Below, one piece after another: positions 47,644 to 57,189 of a DNA stretch of 64,000 bases. The notes below the pieces were generated by a model. It saw nothing but the letters and a program-made list of their open reading frames with translations. It made no database searches and was not told the DNA's origin. The DNA comes from Burkholderiaceae bacterium (GTDB taxonomy: Bacteria > Pseudomonadota > Gammaproteobacteria > Burkholderiales > Burkholderiaceae_F): NCBI GenBank assembly GCA_035429805.1, contig DAOMFL010000003.1, positions 7,677 through 71,676 of the forward strand. Direction: 5' to 3'. Every line of letters starts with the position of its first letter. Within the stretch, counting starts at the first letter, position 1. Both the position numbers and the translations under genes were made by a program.

Positions 47644-48459
47644 ATGACCTCCCTGCCGACCCTCTTCATTTCGCACGGTTCGCCGATGCACGCGATCAGC
47701 GCGGGCCGCGCCGGCGAAGTCTGGTCCGAACTCGGTCGGCGCCTGCCGCCACCGCGCGCGATTCTGGTGGCATCGGCACACTGGGAGACCGAATTGCCCA
47801 TGGTCGCCGTGTCGAAGCAACCGGAGACGATTCACGATTTCGGCGGGTTTCCGCAGGAGCTCTACCGAATCCACTATGCAGCGCCGGGCGCGCCGGACAT
47901 GGCGCAGCGCGCATTACAGCTGCTGCGAGATGCCGGCATCACGGCCACTGCCAACGGCTGCCGTGGACTGGATCACGGCGCATGGGTGCCGCTGTTGCGG
48001 CTGTATCCGCAGGCGAACGTGCCCACCGCCCAGATCTCGATTCAGCCCTCGCTCGACGCCGAGCACCACCTGCGCGTCGGCGCGGCGCTGGCTCCGTTGT
48101 CGCAGGACGGCGTGCTGATCGTGGGCTCGGGGCACATGACGCACAACCTGCACGAGTGGATCATGGACGCGCGACGACGCGGCTCGATGTCCATCGACGA
48201 GCGCGCACCCGCCGCCTATGTCAGCGAGTTCACCCAGTGGGTCGACAATGCGCTGCGCTCGGACGATCGCTCTGCGCTCGCAGCCTGGCTCGAACGGGCG
48301 CCGCACGCGCGCCGCGCGCATCCGACACCGGAGCACTTCCTGCCACTGATGGTGGCATTCGGCGCTGCCGGTCCGGCGCCGCTGGTCGAACACATCGATG
48401 CCGGCGTCGACAGCGGCGTGCTGGCGATGGATGCCTACCTCTTCCGACAGCGCGCCTGA
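47644..48459 (+). CDS. Class III extradiol dioxygenase, YgiD / 4,5-DOPA-dioxygenase-like (LigB family)
   Basis: 271 aa from ATG 47644. PTLFISHGSPMHA and HWE... motifs. Confidence 0.85.
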   Translation: MTSLPTLFISHGSPMHAISAGRAGEVWSELGRRLPPPRAILVASAHWETELPMVAVSKQPETIHDFGGFPQELYRIHYAAPGAPDMAQRALQLLRDAGITATANGCRGLDHGAWVPLLRLYPQANVPTAQISIQPSLDAEHHLRVGAALAPLSQDGVLIVGSGHMTHNLHEWIMDARRRGSMSIDERAPAAYVSEFTQWVDNALRSDDRSALAAWLERAPHARRAHPTPEHFLPLMVAFGAAGPAPLVEHIDAGVDSGVLAMDAYLFRQRA

Positions 48460-49152
48460 TCAGGCCGCGCCGCGAAGCTGCGGAATCTCGAACAGCCGGT
48501 CTTCGGCGAGCGCGATGACGCGCTCACCGGGCCCGCGCGCAATGCTGGCACCGCCGGTGAACGATCCGAACGCGGGCAGCACGGTGAGACTGTCGCGCAC
48601 CCAGAAGCACGGCAGCCGCACGCTGTCGGCGCCACGACCATGCAGGCGCACCGTCGGATGCACGTGGCCGGCCATCGTGCAGGCGCCGCGCACCTGCTGC
48701 GGCTGATGACAGAACGCCATCGTGTCCACGCGCCACGGTTCGGTTTCGCAGTGGATCCGCAGCGCCGCGGGCGGAGGACCCGCGGCGAGGTCGTGATTGC
48801 CTTCGACCAGGACCAGCTCAAGCGCCGCATGCCGTTCCCGCCATTCCCGGAACGCTGCCAGCGTCGCCGGCGCGTGCGCTTCGCGCGCGTGGAACAGGTC
48901 GCCGAGAAAGACGATCGCCTCCGGCTGCGTCGCCGCCACCAGCGCCTCGAGCCGCGCGAGGTTCTCGGACGTCGTTCCCTGTGGCACCGGCACACCGCGC
49001 GCCCGGAATGCTGCGGCCTTGCCGAAATGCGCGTCGGCGAGCACCAGCCAGTGGCGCTCACGCCAGATGGCGGCGCGCTGCGCCAGCAGGGTCCAGCTGG
49101 CACCGCCCAGTTCGATATCCAGGCGATCGCTGCGCGGCAGCCTTGCGCGCAT
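48460..49152 (-). CDS. pdeM: Ligase-associated DNA-damage-response metallophosphoesterase PdeM-like
   Basis: 230 aa, WLVLADAHFGKAAAFRARGVPVP...FLGDLFH...VEGNHD pattern typical of PdeM. Confidence 0.7.
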   Translation of the reverse strand: MRARLPRSDRLDIELGGASWTLLAQRAAIWRERHWLVLADAHFGKAAAFRARGVPVPQGTTSENLARLEALVAATQPEAIVFLGDLFHAREAHAPATLAAFREWRERHAALELVLVEGNHDLAAGPPPAALRIHCETEPWRVDTMAFCHQPQQVRGACTMAGHVHPTVRLHGRGADSVRLPCFWVRDSLTVLPAFGSFTGGASIARGPGERVIALAEDRLFEIPQLRGAA

Positions 49153-49159
49153 GAACCTC

Positions 49160-50068
49160 CTACAGCGGTGTCACCGTGTAGCCGCGCGCCCGCAGCATCG
49201 CGACCAGACCATCCGGCCCGGGCAGATGCAGCGAACCGACGGCAAACAGGTGCATGCGGCCGTCTGCCATCAGGGTCTCGATCCTGCGCACGATCGCCGG
49301 ATGGCGGCCGAGGAGGATCGTGTCGATCGTGAAACGGGCCCCCGGCGTGCTCTGCGCACGCATCTCGGCGAGCAGCCGCTCGAGCGCCTGGTAATCGCCG
49401 GTCTCCCAGGCCTGCGCGATGCGGTTGATCTCCCGCCGCGCCGAGCGCGTCTCGACCGCCTTCACGGCGTCCTCAAGGAACGCCACCTGGGTGGCAAAGC
49501 TCGCCCGTTCGAACAGCTCGAACTGCTGCTCGATGCTTTCGAGTTCGAGCACTGGCTTGCCGGATTGCTTCGCGATCCGCGTCAGGTAGGCCTCGACCGA
49601 CAGCGCGGGCATGTAGCCGGCCTGGGCCGCCTCGAACAGCGCGAGCACATTGCCGAGCATCCACGGCTTCATGCGCCACAGCGGCGTCATGTCGAGCTGA
49701 TTGCGCCCGGCAATCGCCTCGATGCGCGCCTTCAGCGACTCCGGCAGACGCGTATCGAGCCCCGGGTCGCCGGCGGCGTAGACCGCGTACTTCTGTGTGG
49801 CTGCGATCGCGCGCGCGGTATCGGTGACATCGGCCTCGAGCACGATCGTCTGCGCAGCCTCGATGCGCGCGAGGACCGGAGGCGGCAGCGGATAGAACTC
49901 GGGCCGCCCGACATGGATCGTGCCCATCAGCAGTGCGGACTGGCTGCCCTTGCGGATCTCGAACAGAAAGCCGCGCTTGTCATTGGTCGACTGCGCATGG
50001 GCCGTCGCGAGCAGGCTCGCGGCCAGTCCCAGGCACCACAGCAGCCGGGTGAGTGTTGTGCGAAGCAT
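49160..50068 (-). CDS. TraB/GumN family protein
   Basis: 302 aa, signal peptide ...ATAHA|QS. LMGTIHVG motif and ...LFAVGSLHLPG.. near the C-terminus. Confidence 0.75.
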   Translation of the reverse strand: MLRTTLTRLLWCLGLAASLLATAHAQSTNDKRGFLFEIRKGSQSALLMGTIHVGRPEFYPLPPPVLARIEAAQTIVLEADVTDTARAIAATQKYAVYAAGDPGLDTRLPESLKARIEAIAGRNQLDMTPLWRMKPWMLGNVLALFEAAQAGYMPALSVEAYLTRIAKQSGKPVLELESIEQQFELFERASFATQVAFLEDAVKAVETRSARREINRIAQAWETGDYQALERLLAEMRAQSTPGARFTIDTILLGRHPAIVRRIETLMADGRMHLFAVGSLHLPGPDGLVAMLRARGYTVTPL

Positions 50069-50157
50069 GGAGGTGGCGCATCACATGGTGCGCAGGAAGA
50101 ATCGAACGCGAATTGTAAGAGCCGGAATCGGGCGACCCGCCCGGCTCGCCCTGCGTG

Positions 50158-52887
50158 TCACTCGGCGGCGGCAGCTTCCACCGGCCCGGGCGCGGGCTCG
50201 ACCAGCGGTTTGATGTAGCGCAGGACGCCCGGGTCTTCCTCGTCGCGGTGCGGGGCGTAGCCGCGCTTGCGCATCAGCTGGCCCATTTCGTCGTTTTCCT
50301 TCAGGACCAGGCCGATCAGCTCCGTCAGTCCGCGCGCGCGCGCCGTGTCCTCGATCGCCTGCATCAGAACGTGGCCGACGCCGCGTCCCTGCCACGCGTC
50401 CTCGACGATGACGCCGAACTCCGCCGTCTTGCCGTCGGGATTGCAGGTGTAGCGCGAGATGCCGCGGATCTCGTGCTGCTCTTCCGAGGTGTCGATTGCG
50501 ACGAACGCCATCTCGCGGTCGTAGTCGATCTGCGTGTAGCGCACCAGACGCTCCAGCGTCAGCTCGCGGATCGGCGCGTGGAAGCGCAGGTAGGAGGTCC
50601 GCGGAGACAGGCGGCTGATGAAGCGCTTCTCGGCCTCGGCGTCCTCGGGCCGGATCGGACGCAGCAGCACGTGGCCATTTTTCACGGTCACATCGCGCAC
50701 CAGTGCCCGCGGATACGGGTGGATCGCCAGGTGTGAGTACGTGGCGTCCGCCGCCAGCGCGCCATCGGACACCAGAACGCGCGCGTCGAGCGCAATGACG
50801 CCGTGCTCGTCGGCGAGCAGCGGATTGATGTCGAGTTCGCGCAGCGCCGGGATCTCGCAGGCCAGCTCCGAAACCCGCAGCAGCACGTCGATGACCCGAT
50901 CCATGTCGACCGCCGGCGCACCGCGGAACGCATCGAGCATGCGCGCCACGCGCGTGCGCGAAATCAGGTCCCGCGCCAGGAACGCGTTCAGCGGCGGCAG
51001 GGCCATCGCCGAGTCCTTGAAGATCTCGACTGCGATGCCGCCCATGCCGAAGGTGACGACCGGGCCGAAGTTGGGATCGCGCGTCAGCCCGACGATCAGC
51101 TCGCGTCCCTGCGGACGCTGCACCATCTTCTGCACCAGAACGCCGATGAAGCGCGCCGTCGGCGCGCGTTCGGCGAGACGCTGCGCGATCGCCTCGAACC
51201 CGCGCTCGACCTCGTCGACGGTCTGAACACCGAGGATCACGCCACCCACATCGCTCTTGTGCGTGATGCCGTCGGCGCGCACCTTCAGCACGACCGGGAA
51301 GCCGAGCTGCTGCGCGGCCTGCCGCGCCTCCATCGCGCTTCGTGCAAAGAGCCCCATCGCGGTCTCGATGCCGAACGAGGCCAGCAGTGCCTTGGAATCC
51401 TGCTCGTCGAGCGTGTGCCGCCCGGCGCTGCGCGCCGCATCGATGATGCGACGCGCCGCCTGCACGTCGAACTTGAGTTCGTCGATGCGCGGCGGCGGCA
51501 CCTGCAGCCGCAGCTCGCGGTTGCGGATGTACTGCGCGAGATATCCGAAGCACTCGACGCCGCGCTCGGGGTTCTGCAGCGCCGGCAGCGAGGCCGCCTT
51601 GAACGCTGCGCGCCCGCGGCCCGCGTCCTTCTCGCCGAGCCAGGCGCTGACGACCGGCTTCTCGGCCGCGGCGGCGATCGGCAGCATCGCGCGCGCTGCC
51701 TGCTCGGCGCCGACTCTCGGCGTCGGCGCAAACAGCACCAGCACGCCGTCGTTCGCGCGATCGTCGATCAGCAGCTGCAGCGCGGCGGCCATCCGGCCTG
51801 CATCCCCGTCAGCCAGCACGTCCACCGGGTTCGCGTGCGACCAGCCCGGCGGCAGCGCAGCGTCGAGCGCCGCGCGCGTCGTGTCGGAGAGTCTCGCGAG
51901 CTCGACGTGGTTGTCTTCCGTGGCATCCGCGGCGAGCGCGCCCGGCCCGCTGCCGTTGGACAGGATCGCCAGCCGGTTGCCGCGCGGCAGGCGTCCGCTC
52001 GCCAGCGCCTCGGCCGCGGCGAAGAGGTGCCCGATCTTCGGCACGCGGATGGCGCCGACCCGCCGCAGCGCGGCGTCGAACACCGCGTCGTTGCCGACCA
52101 GCGCCCCGGTGTGGCTCATGACGACCCGCGCGCCCGCGGCGTGCCGGCCGGCCTTCAGCACGATCACCGGCTTCACACTCGCGGCCACGCGGATGCTCGA
52201 CATCAGCGGCCGCGCATCGTGTATGCCTTCCAGGTACAGCAGGATCGAACGCGTGGCCGGATCGCCGGCAAGGTAGTCGAGGAACTCGGCGATCGTGACA
52301 TCGGACTCCGCGCCGGTCGCGATGACGGACGAAAATCCGAATCCCGCCGTCCACGCGTAGTCGAGCAGCGAGGTCGTCACGGCGCCCGACTGCGACACCA
52401 GCGCCAGCGGGCCGGGCCGGGCCATCGTCTTGGCCCAGCTGGCATTCAGCCCGATGTCGGGGCGCATCACGCCGAGGCAGTTCGGCCCGAGCAGCCGCAC
52501 CTTCGCCGCGCGGGCGCGTGCCAGCACCTCGCCCTCGAGTGCGCGCCGCTCCGGCCCGTCCTCACACAGGCCGGGCGACAGCACCAGCATCGTCGGGATG
52601 CCCTTCCGTCCGGCCTCGTCGATGATCCCGGGCACGTTCTGCGCGCCGGTCACGACGACTGCCAGGTCGACCTTGGACGGCAGCGCCGCAAGCGAAGGCA
52701 GGCACGGATGCCCGTCGATGGTCCGATGCCGTGGATTGACGGCATAGACCTCGCCCTTGAAGCCGGCCGCCATGACGTTCGTATAGACAAAGCGGCCGAG
52801 CGAGTCGTGGCGCGGGCTGGCGCCGACGACGGCGATCGAACGCGGCATCATCGCGGGCCGCAGGTAGTGAACGCTGTCCAGGCTCAT
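50158..52887 (-). CDS. Pat-type protein lysine acetyltransferase (ADP-forming acyl-CoA-synthetase-like domains fused to GNAT)
   Basis: 909 aa. N-terminal CoA-binding IAVVGAS, ligase-CoA and ATP-grasp regions, C-terminal GNAT with QGRGVG acetyl-CoA motif. Confidence 0.85.
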   Translation of the reverse strand: MSLDSVHYLRPAMMPRSIAVVGASPRHDSLGRFVYTNVMAAGFKGEVYAVNPRHRTIDGHPCLPSLAALPSKVDLAVVVTGAQNVPGIIDEAGRKGIPTMLVLSPGLCEDGPERRALEGEVLARARAAKVRLLGPNCLGVMRPDIGLNASWAKTMARPGPLALVSQSGAVTTSLLDYAWTAGFGFSSVIATGAESDVTIAEFLDYLAGDPATRSILLYLEGIHDARPLMSSIRVAASVKPVIVLKAGRHAAGARVVMSHTGALVGNDAVFDAALRRVGAIRVPKIGHLFAAAEALASGRLPRGNRLAILSNGSGPGALAADATEDNHVELARLSDTTRAALDAALPPGWSHANPVDVLADGDAGRMAAALQLLIDDRANDGVLVLFAPTPRVGAEQAARAMLPIAAAAEKPVVSAWLGEKDAGRGRAAFKAASLPALQNPERGVECFGYLAQYIRNRELRLQVPPPRIDELKFDVQAARRIIDAARSAGRHTLDEQDSKALLASFGIETAMGLFARSAMEARQAAQQLGFPVVLKVRADGITHKSDVGGVILGVQTVDEVERGFEAIAQRLAERAPTARFIGVLVQKMVQRPQGRELIVGLTRDPNFGPVVTFGMGGIAVEIFKDSAMALPPLNAFLARDLISRTRVARMLDAFRGAPAVDMDRVIDVLLRVSELACEIPALRELDINPLLADEHGVIALDARVLVSDGALAADATYSHLAIHPYPRALVRDVTVKNGHVLLRPIRPEDAEAEKRFISRLSPRTSYLRFHAPIRELTLERLVRYTQIDYDREMAFVAIDTSEEQHEIRGISRYTCNPDGKTAEFGVIVEDAWQGRGVGHVLMQAIEDTARARGLTELIGLVLKENDEMGQLMRKRGYAPHRDEEDPGVLRYIKPLVEPAPGPVEAAAAE

Positions 52888-53085
52888 GCGGCGGATTCTC
52901 CGTCGGTGTAGTCAGTACGGCTACGCCGGAGACCTCAAGCAGCGCCATGCGGCGCTGCAACATGATTCGCACCTTATCAGATTGGCGCGGCCTCGCAAGC
53001 GTGCAAAGCCTCGAAATGACGTTGACAAGCATCAACGTCGCACCGATCGCCGCCCGTACCCTCGCCGGGAGAGTGGAGTAAGCAG

Positions 53086-53484
53086 ATGCCGCTGTCGGCA
53101 CAGGAACTTGCAACGCTGCAGGCGCAGCTGCGCATACTGCGCAGCCAGGTGGGCGGATCCGTCACGGATCGCCTGCACCGGCACGGGTTCGACGAGCACG
53201 ACGATGCCGCATTGCCCAACCGACGCGCCGACACCGATGACGACGCGGCCGCCGAAACCGAAACCTCGATGGACATCGCGCATGTCTCGCGCGACGCCGA
53301 GGAGCTGGCGCTGCTCGACGCCGCGCTCGAGCGGCTCGCCAGCGGCGACTATGGCTGCTGCGTCGACTGCGGCGATGACATCGCCCGCGAGCGTCTGCGG
53401 GCCAACCCGGCGGCCGCTCGCTGCACCGAATGCCAGGAGCGCAACGAGCGCGCGGCCCTTGTGGCGCGGCGCACGCGCGCCTGA
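53086..53484 (+). CDS. DksA/TraR family C4-type zinc-finger protein
   Basis: 132 aa, CVDCGDDI-x16-CTEC finger, acidic coiled-coil N-terminal part. Confidence 0.85.
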   Translation: MPLSAQELATLQAQLRILRSQVGGSVTDRLHRHGFDEHDDAALPNRRADTDDDAAAETETSMDIAHVSRDAEELALLDAALERLASGDYGCCVDCGDDIARERLRANPAAARCTECQERNERAALVARRTRA

Positions 53485-53514
53485 GCGGCGCACCCGCAAT
53501 TACCAGGAAACTCC

Positions 53515-53658
53515 ATGGAAGCTCTGAAGCTGCTCTTCACCAGCGACATCGGACTGTTGTCGCTGTTCACGATCGTTTTCATCATCGGCATGGGGATCTG
53601 GTTCCGCCGCTTCTTCATGAAGCAGATCGAAGCCGAGGAAGCGCGCGGCCAGCGCTGA
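53515..53658 (+). CDS. 47-aa single-pass membrane micro-protein (DUF3149-like), absent from the ORF track
   Basis: ATG 53515 after AGGAAA. MEALKLLFTSDIGLLSLFTIVFIIGMGIWFRRFFMKQIEAEEARGQR. Codon bias as in neighbours; starts 30 nt after the DksA/TraR stop. Confidence 0.5.
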   Translation: MEALKLLFTSDIGLLSLFTIVFIIGMGIWFRRFFMKQIEAEEARGQR

Positions 53659-53825
53659 CCCCCGGCGGCGCGCCGGAGCACGCGGGCGCCATCCAGCCTG
53701 CCGCGGTCGCACGCGAAGGCGCAAAAAGACCGCGATCCGCGCCACAAATCGCGGCATGGCGACATTGCGACGGTAGTGGGCGCTAGCTAGACTGCTCCGC
53801 AGGCGTCGAACTCAAAGGGACAACG

Positions 53826-54452
53826 ATGCGAGCAGTGATCGCGGCACTCCTCCTTGCAGCCGCCAGCGCGACCGCGCAGGCGCAGGACGGCAAGGGCTAC
53901 GTCGGCTTCGGCGCCGGCATCGGCAACTATCCGGACCTCTGTTCGCAGGTGCCGGCGGGCCTGTCGTGTGACGACTCGCCGTTCGCCTGGAAGTTCTTCG
54001 CCGGCTACATGATCCTGCCGTACATCGGCATCGAGGGCGGATTCAACGACTTCGGCGCCGCCAAGACGCAGGGCCTGCTGCTGAACCCGCCGGCCGGCAC
54101 GGTTCCGCTGCCGAGCAATGCCGACGTCTACACCCAGATCTGGTCGCTGTCCCTGGTCGGCCGCGTCCCGCTGGGCCCGGCGGCAATCATGGGGCGAGTC
54201 GGTTACGGCGCCACGATGTCGAAGATCAGCGGTATGGCGCAGGTGCAGGACACGACGACTGGCGCCATCACGACCTACGACGCGTCGACCCGCGGAACTA
54301 GCGGGCAGATGATCTATGGCGCCGGCTTCTCGTGGGACTTTCTGGGCAGCTGGACGGCACGCGTCGACTGGGATCATTCGAAAGGCGACGACGGCACCAA
54401 TCCGAAGTACAACGTCGACATGTACACGCTTGGAATCGCCTACCGGTTCTGA
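53826..54452 (+). CDS. Small outer-membrane beta-barrel protein (OmpA-N/OmpW-like porin family)
   Basis: 208 aa, signal peptide ...AQA|QD, alternating strand pattern, C-terminal ...LGIAYRF. Confidence 0.75.
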   Translation: MRAVIAALLLAAASATAQAQDGKGYVGFGAGIGNYPDLCSQVPAGLSCDDSPFAWKFFAGYMILPYIGIEGGFNDFGAAKTQGLLLNPPAGTVPLPSNADVYTQIWSLSLVGRVPLGPAAIMGRVGYGATMSKISGMAQVQDTTTGAITTYDASTRGTSGQMIYGAGFSWDFLGSWTARVDWDHSKGDDGTNPKYNVDMYTLGIAYRF

Positions 54453-54475
54453 CCGGACGGCCTGCTCTCAGCGCA

Positions 54476-54503
54476 GCCCCGCCGAGCGCGGGGCTTTTTG
54501 TTT
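54476..54503 (+). terminator. Rho-independent terminator
   Basis: GCCCCGC-CGAGC-GCGGGGC followed by TTTTTGTTT. Confidence 0.7.
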
Positions 54504-54551
54504 GCAGGCGCGCATCACGCTCCCGCAGCACGCGCGACCTACAATCGCCGC

Positions 54552-55634
54552 ATGAAAGTCAACGGCATACCGATGCGCTCGATCTGGCCGATCGGCGACG
54601 AAGCGGTCGGCGTGGTGGACCAGAGCGTCCTGCCGCACCGCTTCGAGACGCGTGAACTGGCGTCGGCGGCCGCCGTGGAGCACGCGATCCGGACCATGGT
54701 CGTGCGCGGTGCGCCGCTGATCGGCGTCACCGGAGCCTATGGACTTGCGCTGGCCCTGCGATCGGACGCTTCCGACGCCGCGCTGGCGGCCGCGCACACG
54801 CAGCTGCTGACGGCCCGTCCAACCGCAGTCAACCTGCGATGGGCGCTGGACCGCATGCGCGCTGTGGTCGCCGCGCTGCCACCGGCGCGGCGCGCCGCAG
54901 CAGCCTGGCTCGAGGCCGGGCGCATCGCCGAGGAAGACGTCGCGCTGAACCGCGCGATCGGCACCCACGGTGCTGCGCTGATGAGCGCGTTGCACACGCG
55001 CCATCGCCGCGCGATCAACGTCCTTACTCACTGCAATGCCGGCTGGCTCGCCGCTGTCGATCACGGCACGGCGCTCGCGGCGATCTACGCCGCCCACGAT
55101 GGCGGGACGCCGCTGCACGTGTGGGTCGATGAAACCCGGCCGCGCAACCAGGGTCTGCTGACCGCGTGGGAGCTGGCCGCCCATGGCGTGCCGCACACGC
55201 TGATCGTCGACAACGCGGGCGGGCACCTGATGCAGCATGGTCAGGTCGACCTAGTCATCGTCGGCGCCGACCGCGTCTCGGCGCGAGGCGACGTCGCCAA
55301 CAAAATCGGTACCTATCTCAAGGCGCTGGCGGCACATGACAACGGCGTTCCGTTCTATGCGGCGGTGCCGTCGCCGACGATCGACTGGACGCTCGCCGAT
55401 GGGGCGGCGATCCCGATCGAGGAGCGCGCCGCCGGCGAGGTGCTCAGCGTCCACGGCATCGACGTGAACGGCGCCCCGGCCGGCGTGCGGTTGGCGACCA
55501 GCACGACGCAGGTGGCCAACCCGGCGTTCGACGTGACGCCCGCGCGCCTGGTGACCGGCATCGTGACCGAGCGCGGGGTCTCGGAACCGGGGCGCCTGTC
55601 CGAGCTGTTTCCCGAGCAGCGGCGCGCGGCATGA
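54552..55634 (+). CDS. mtnA: S-methyl-5-thioribose-1-phosphate isomerase
   Basis: 360 aa, ...VVDQSVLPHRFE...VRGAPLIGVTGAYG...THCNAG...RPRNQG... typical MtnA/eIF-2B-related family. Confidence 0.9.
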   Translation: MKVNGIPMRSIWPIGDEAVGVVDQSVLPHRFETRELASAAAVEHAIRTMVVRGAPLIGVTGAYGLALALRSDASDAALAAAHTQLLTARPTAVNLRWALDRMRAVVAALPPARRAAAAWLEAGRIAEEDVALNRAIGTHGAALMSALHTRHRRAINVLTHCNAGWLAAVDHGTALAAIYAAHDGGTPLHVWVDETRPRNQGLLTAWELAAHGVPHTLIVDNAGGHLMQHGQVDLVIVGADRVSARGDVANKIGTYLKALAAHDNGVPFYAAVPSPTIDWTLADGAAIPIEERAAGEVLSVHGIDVNGAPAGVRLATSTTQVANPAFDVTPARLVTGIVTERGVSEPGRLSELFPEQRRAA

Positions 55635-56314
55635 CGCTACCCGCGGAAGACGGACCCGACCTGCGGGAGGCGGTCATCGGGACCGCCCGCGCGATGAACG
55701 CGGCGGGCATCAACGTCAACAAGTCCGGCAACGTCTCTGCGCGCTGCACCCGCGGAGCGCAGCACGGCTTCGTGGTGACGCCGACCGGCGTGCCCTATCG
55801 CGACCTGGGGACCGAGGACATCGTCTTCGTCGCGATCAGCGGCGCGGCTGCGGGCACGCAGGCGCCTTCTTCGGAGTGGCGCTTCCATCGCGACATCTAC
55901 GCGTCGCGGCCGGAGTTCGGCGCCATCGTCCACACCCACTCGCCGCAGGCCACGGCACTGGCCTGCCATGGCCGGCGGCTGCCGGCGTTCCATTACATGG
56001 TGGCGATGGCCGGCGGGAGCGATATCCGCTGCGCGCCGTACGCCACCTTCGGGACACAGGAATTGTCGGACCACGCACTGCACGCGCTGGCCGGCCGCCG
56101 CGCCTGCCTGCTGGCCCATCATGGCGTCATTGCCTGCGGCGAGTCGCTCGACCAGGCGCTGGCGCTTGCGATCGAGGTCGAGCACCTGGCCGGCGTCTAC
56201 CTTGCCGCGTGCGCACTGGGTGAACCGCCGCAACTCGACGCGGAGGAAATGCAGCGGGTACTGGAGCGCTTCAAAGGCTACGGACCCCGCGCGGCCAGCC
56301 GGCGCCCCGGCTGA
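55631..56314 (+). CDS. Class II aldolase/adducin-family protein (MtnB dehydratase or 5-methylthioribulose-1-P aldolase type)
   Basis: 227 aa, ATGA overlap with mtnA. His-ligand region ...IVHTHSP...AHHG.... Confidence 0.8.
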   Translation: MTLPAEDGPDLREAVIGTARAMNAAGINVNKSGNVSARCTRGAQHGFVVTPTGVPYRDLGTEDIVFVAISGAAAGTQAPSSEWRFHRDIYASRPEFGAIVHTHSPQATALACHGRRLPAFHYMVAMAGGSDIRCAPYATFGTQELSDHALHALAGRRACLLAHHGVIACGESLDQALALAIEVEHLAGVYLAACALGEPPQLDAEEMQRVLERFKGYGPRAASRRPG

Positions 56315-56410
56315 CTTCCCGCCCGCCGCTCGGGCGGACGGGCTCCCGCAGTGGCCGGACGGCAGTACCGCCAATGCGCCATGGTCGCGTATTGATGGCA
56401 TCCTTGCGGC

Positions 56411-57115
56411 ATGACGCCGCTGAGTTCGTTCGAAACCGGGTCTGCCGAGCAGTCCGGCAGCTTCCGCGGTGCGGTTCGGGCGACGATGTGGCCGACGCGT
56501 TCGCTGGTTTCGAAGGAACGCTGGTTCGATGAGCTGTACGTGTGGACCGAGGGTGGCAGCGCCAGCACGACCCAGCGCGCGCGCATCCAGCTCGAGGCGA
56601 TCAAGGACGCCTTCCTTTGGCTGGAGTACGACCTCATCGAACGGATCGGCGTGACGATCTCGTTCGGAACGATCGAGCGCGCGATCGATCCGCTGACGGC
56701 CCTGTTCGAAGACAACGTGCTGCTGGCGCACCGCCTGTATGTGCTCGTCAGGGGAGCGCCGCAGCGACTGCGCTCGCGCTACCGGCTGCGCGGATTCGCC
56801 GACATGCTGCGCGGCCTGAAGATTGCCGTCGGCTACCGGCTGACGGCGCCGCGAGTCAGCATGGAACTGAGCGGCGTCGACCTGGTGCAGCCGACATTCG
56901 CGAAAGTCCTTGCACCGCCCACTGCACGCGCCGAAACCTGGAGCGACCTCGCGCTCGAAGTGCGGGCGCTGGGACTGGACACACGATCGACGATCGTCGG
57001 CGCTGTCGAGACACGACCCCAGCGCGACAGCGCAGTCAATGCGGGCTTTGAACTGGCACAGGGCCGTGCCGTGCGCCAGCCTTATGCTCCGCCCCCATTA
57101 CCAACAAAAAGCTGA
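56411..57115 (+). CDS. Degenerate EAL-like domain protein (stand-alone, catalytic residues not conserved)
   Basis: 234 aa. Collinear with EAL landmarks at correct spacing but mutated: DELYVW for EALxRW, VTISFG for VNLS, VLVRG for ExxE, VGYR for DDFG, FAKV for KID, GAVE for EGVE. QG is retained. Confidence 0.55.
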   Translation: MTPLSSFETGSAEQSGSFRGAVRATMWPTRSLVSKERWFDELYVWTEGGSASTTQRARIQLEAIKDAFLWLEYDLIERIGVTISFGTIERAIDPLTALFEDNVLLAHRLYVLVRGAPQRLRSRYRLRGFADMLRGLKIAVGYRLTAPRVSMELSGVDLVQPTFAKVLAPPTARAETWSDLALEVRALGLDTRSTIVGAVETRPQRDSAVNAGFELAQGRAVRQPYAPPPLPTKS

Positions 57116-57189
57116 CACCGAGCTTGGCTGTGACGACCGATTTGGCAGAAAATTCAAGGACGTTCGCGACCCAGGAGCGCGAACCTGCC

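Noticed and set aside
50803-52911. 702-aa plus-strand ORF (and 50081..51553 on the minus strand)
   Set aside because: They are shadow frames of the Pat-type acetyltransferase gene (the first antisense, the second an alternative same-strand frame), with Arg-rich low-complexity translations.
53015-53040. TTGACA within a GACGTTGA/TCAACGTC hairpin upstream of the DksA/TraR gene, as a -35 box
   Set aside because: There is no acceptable -10 hexamer at 16-18 nt spacing, so I cannot support a promoter call.
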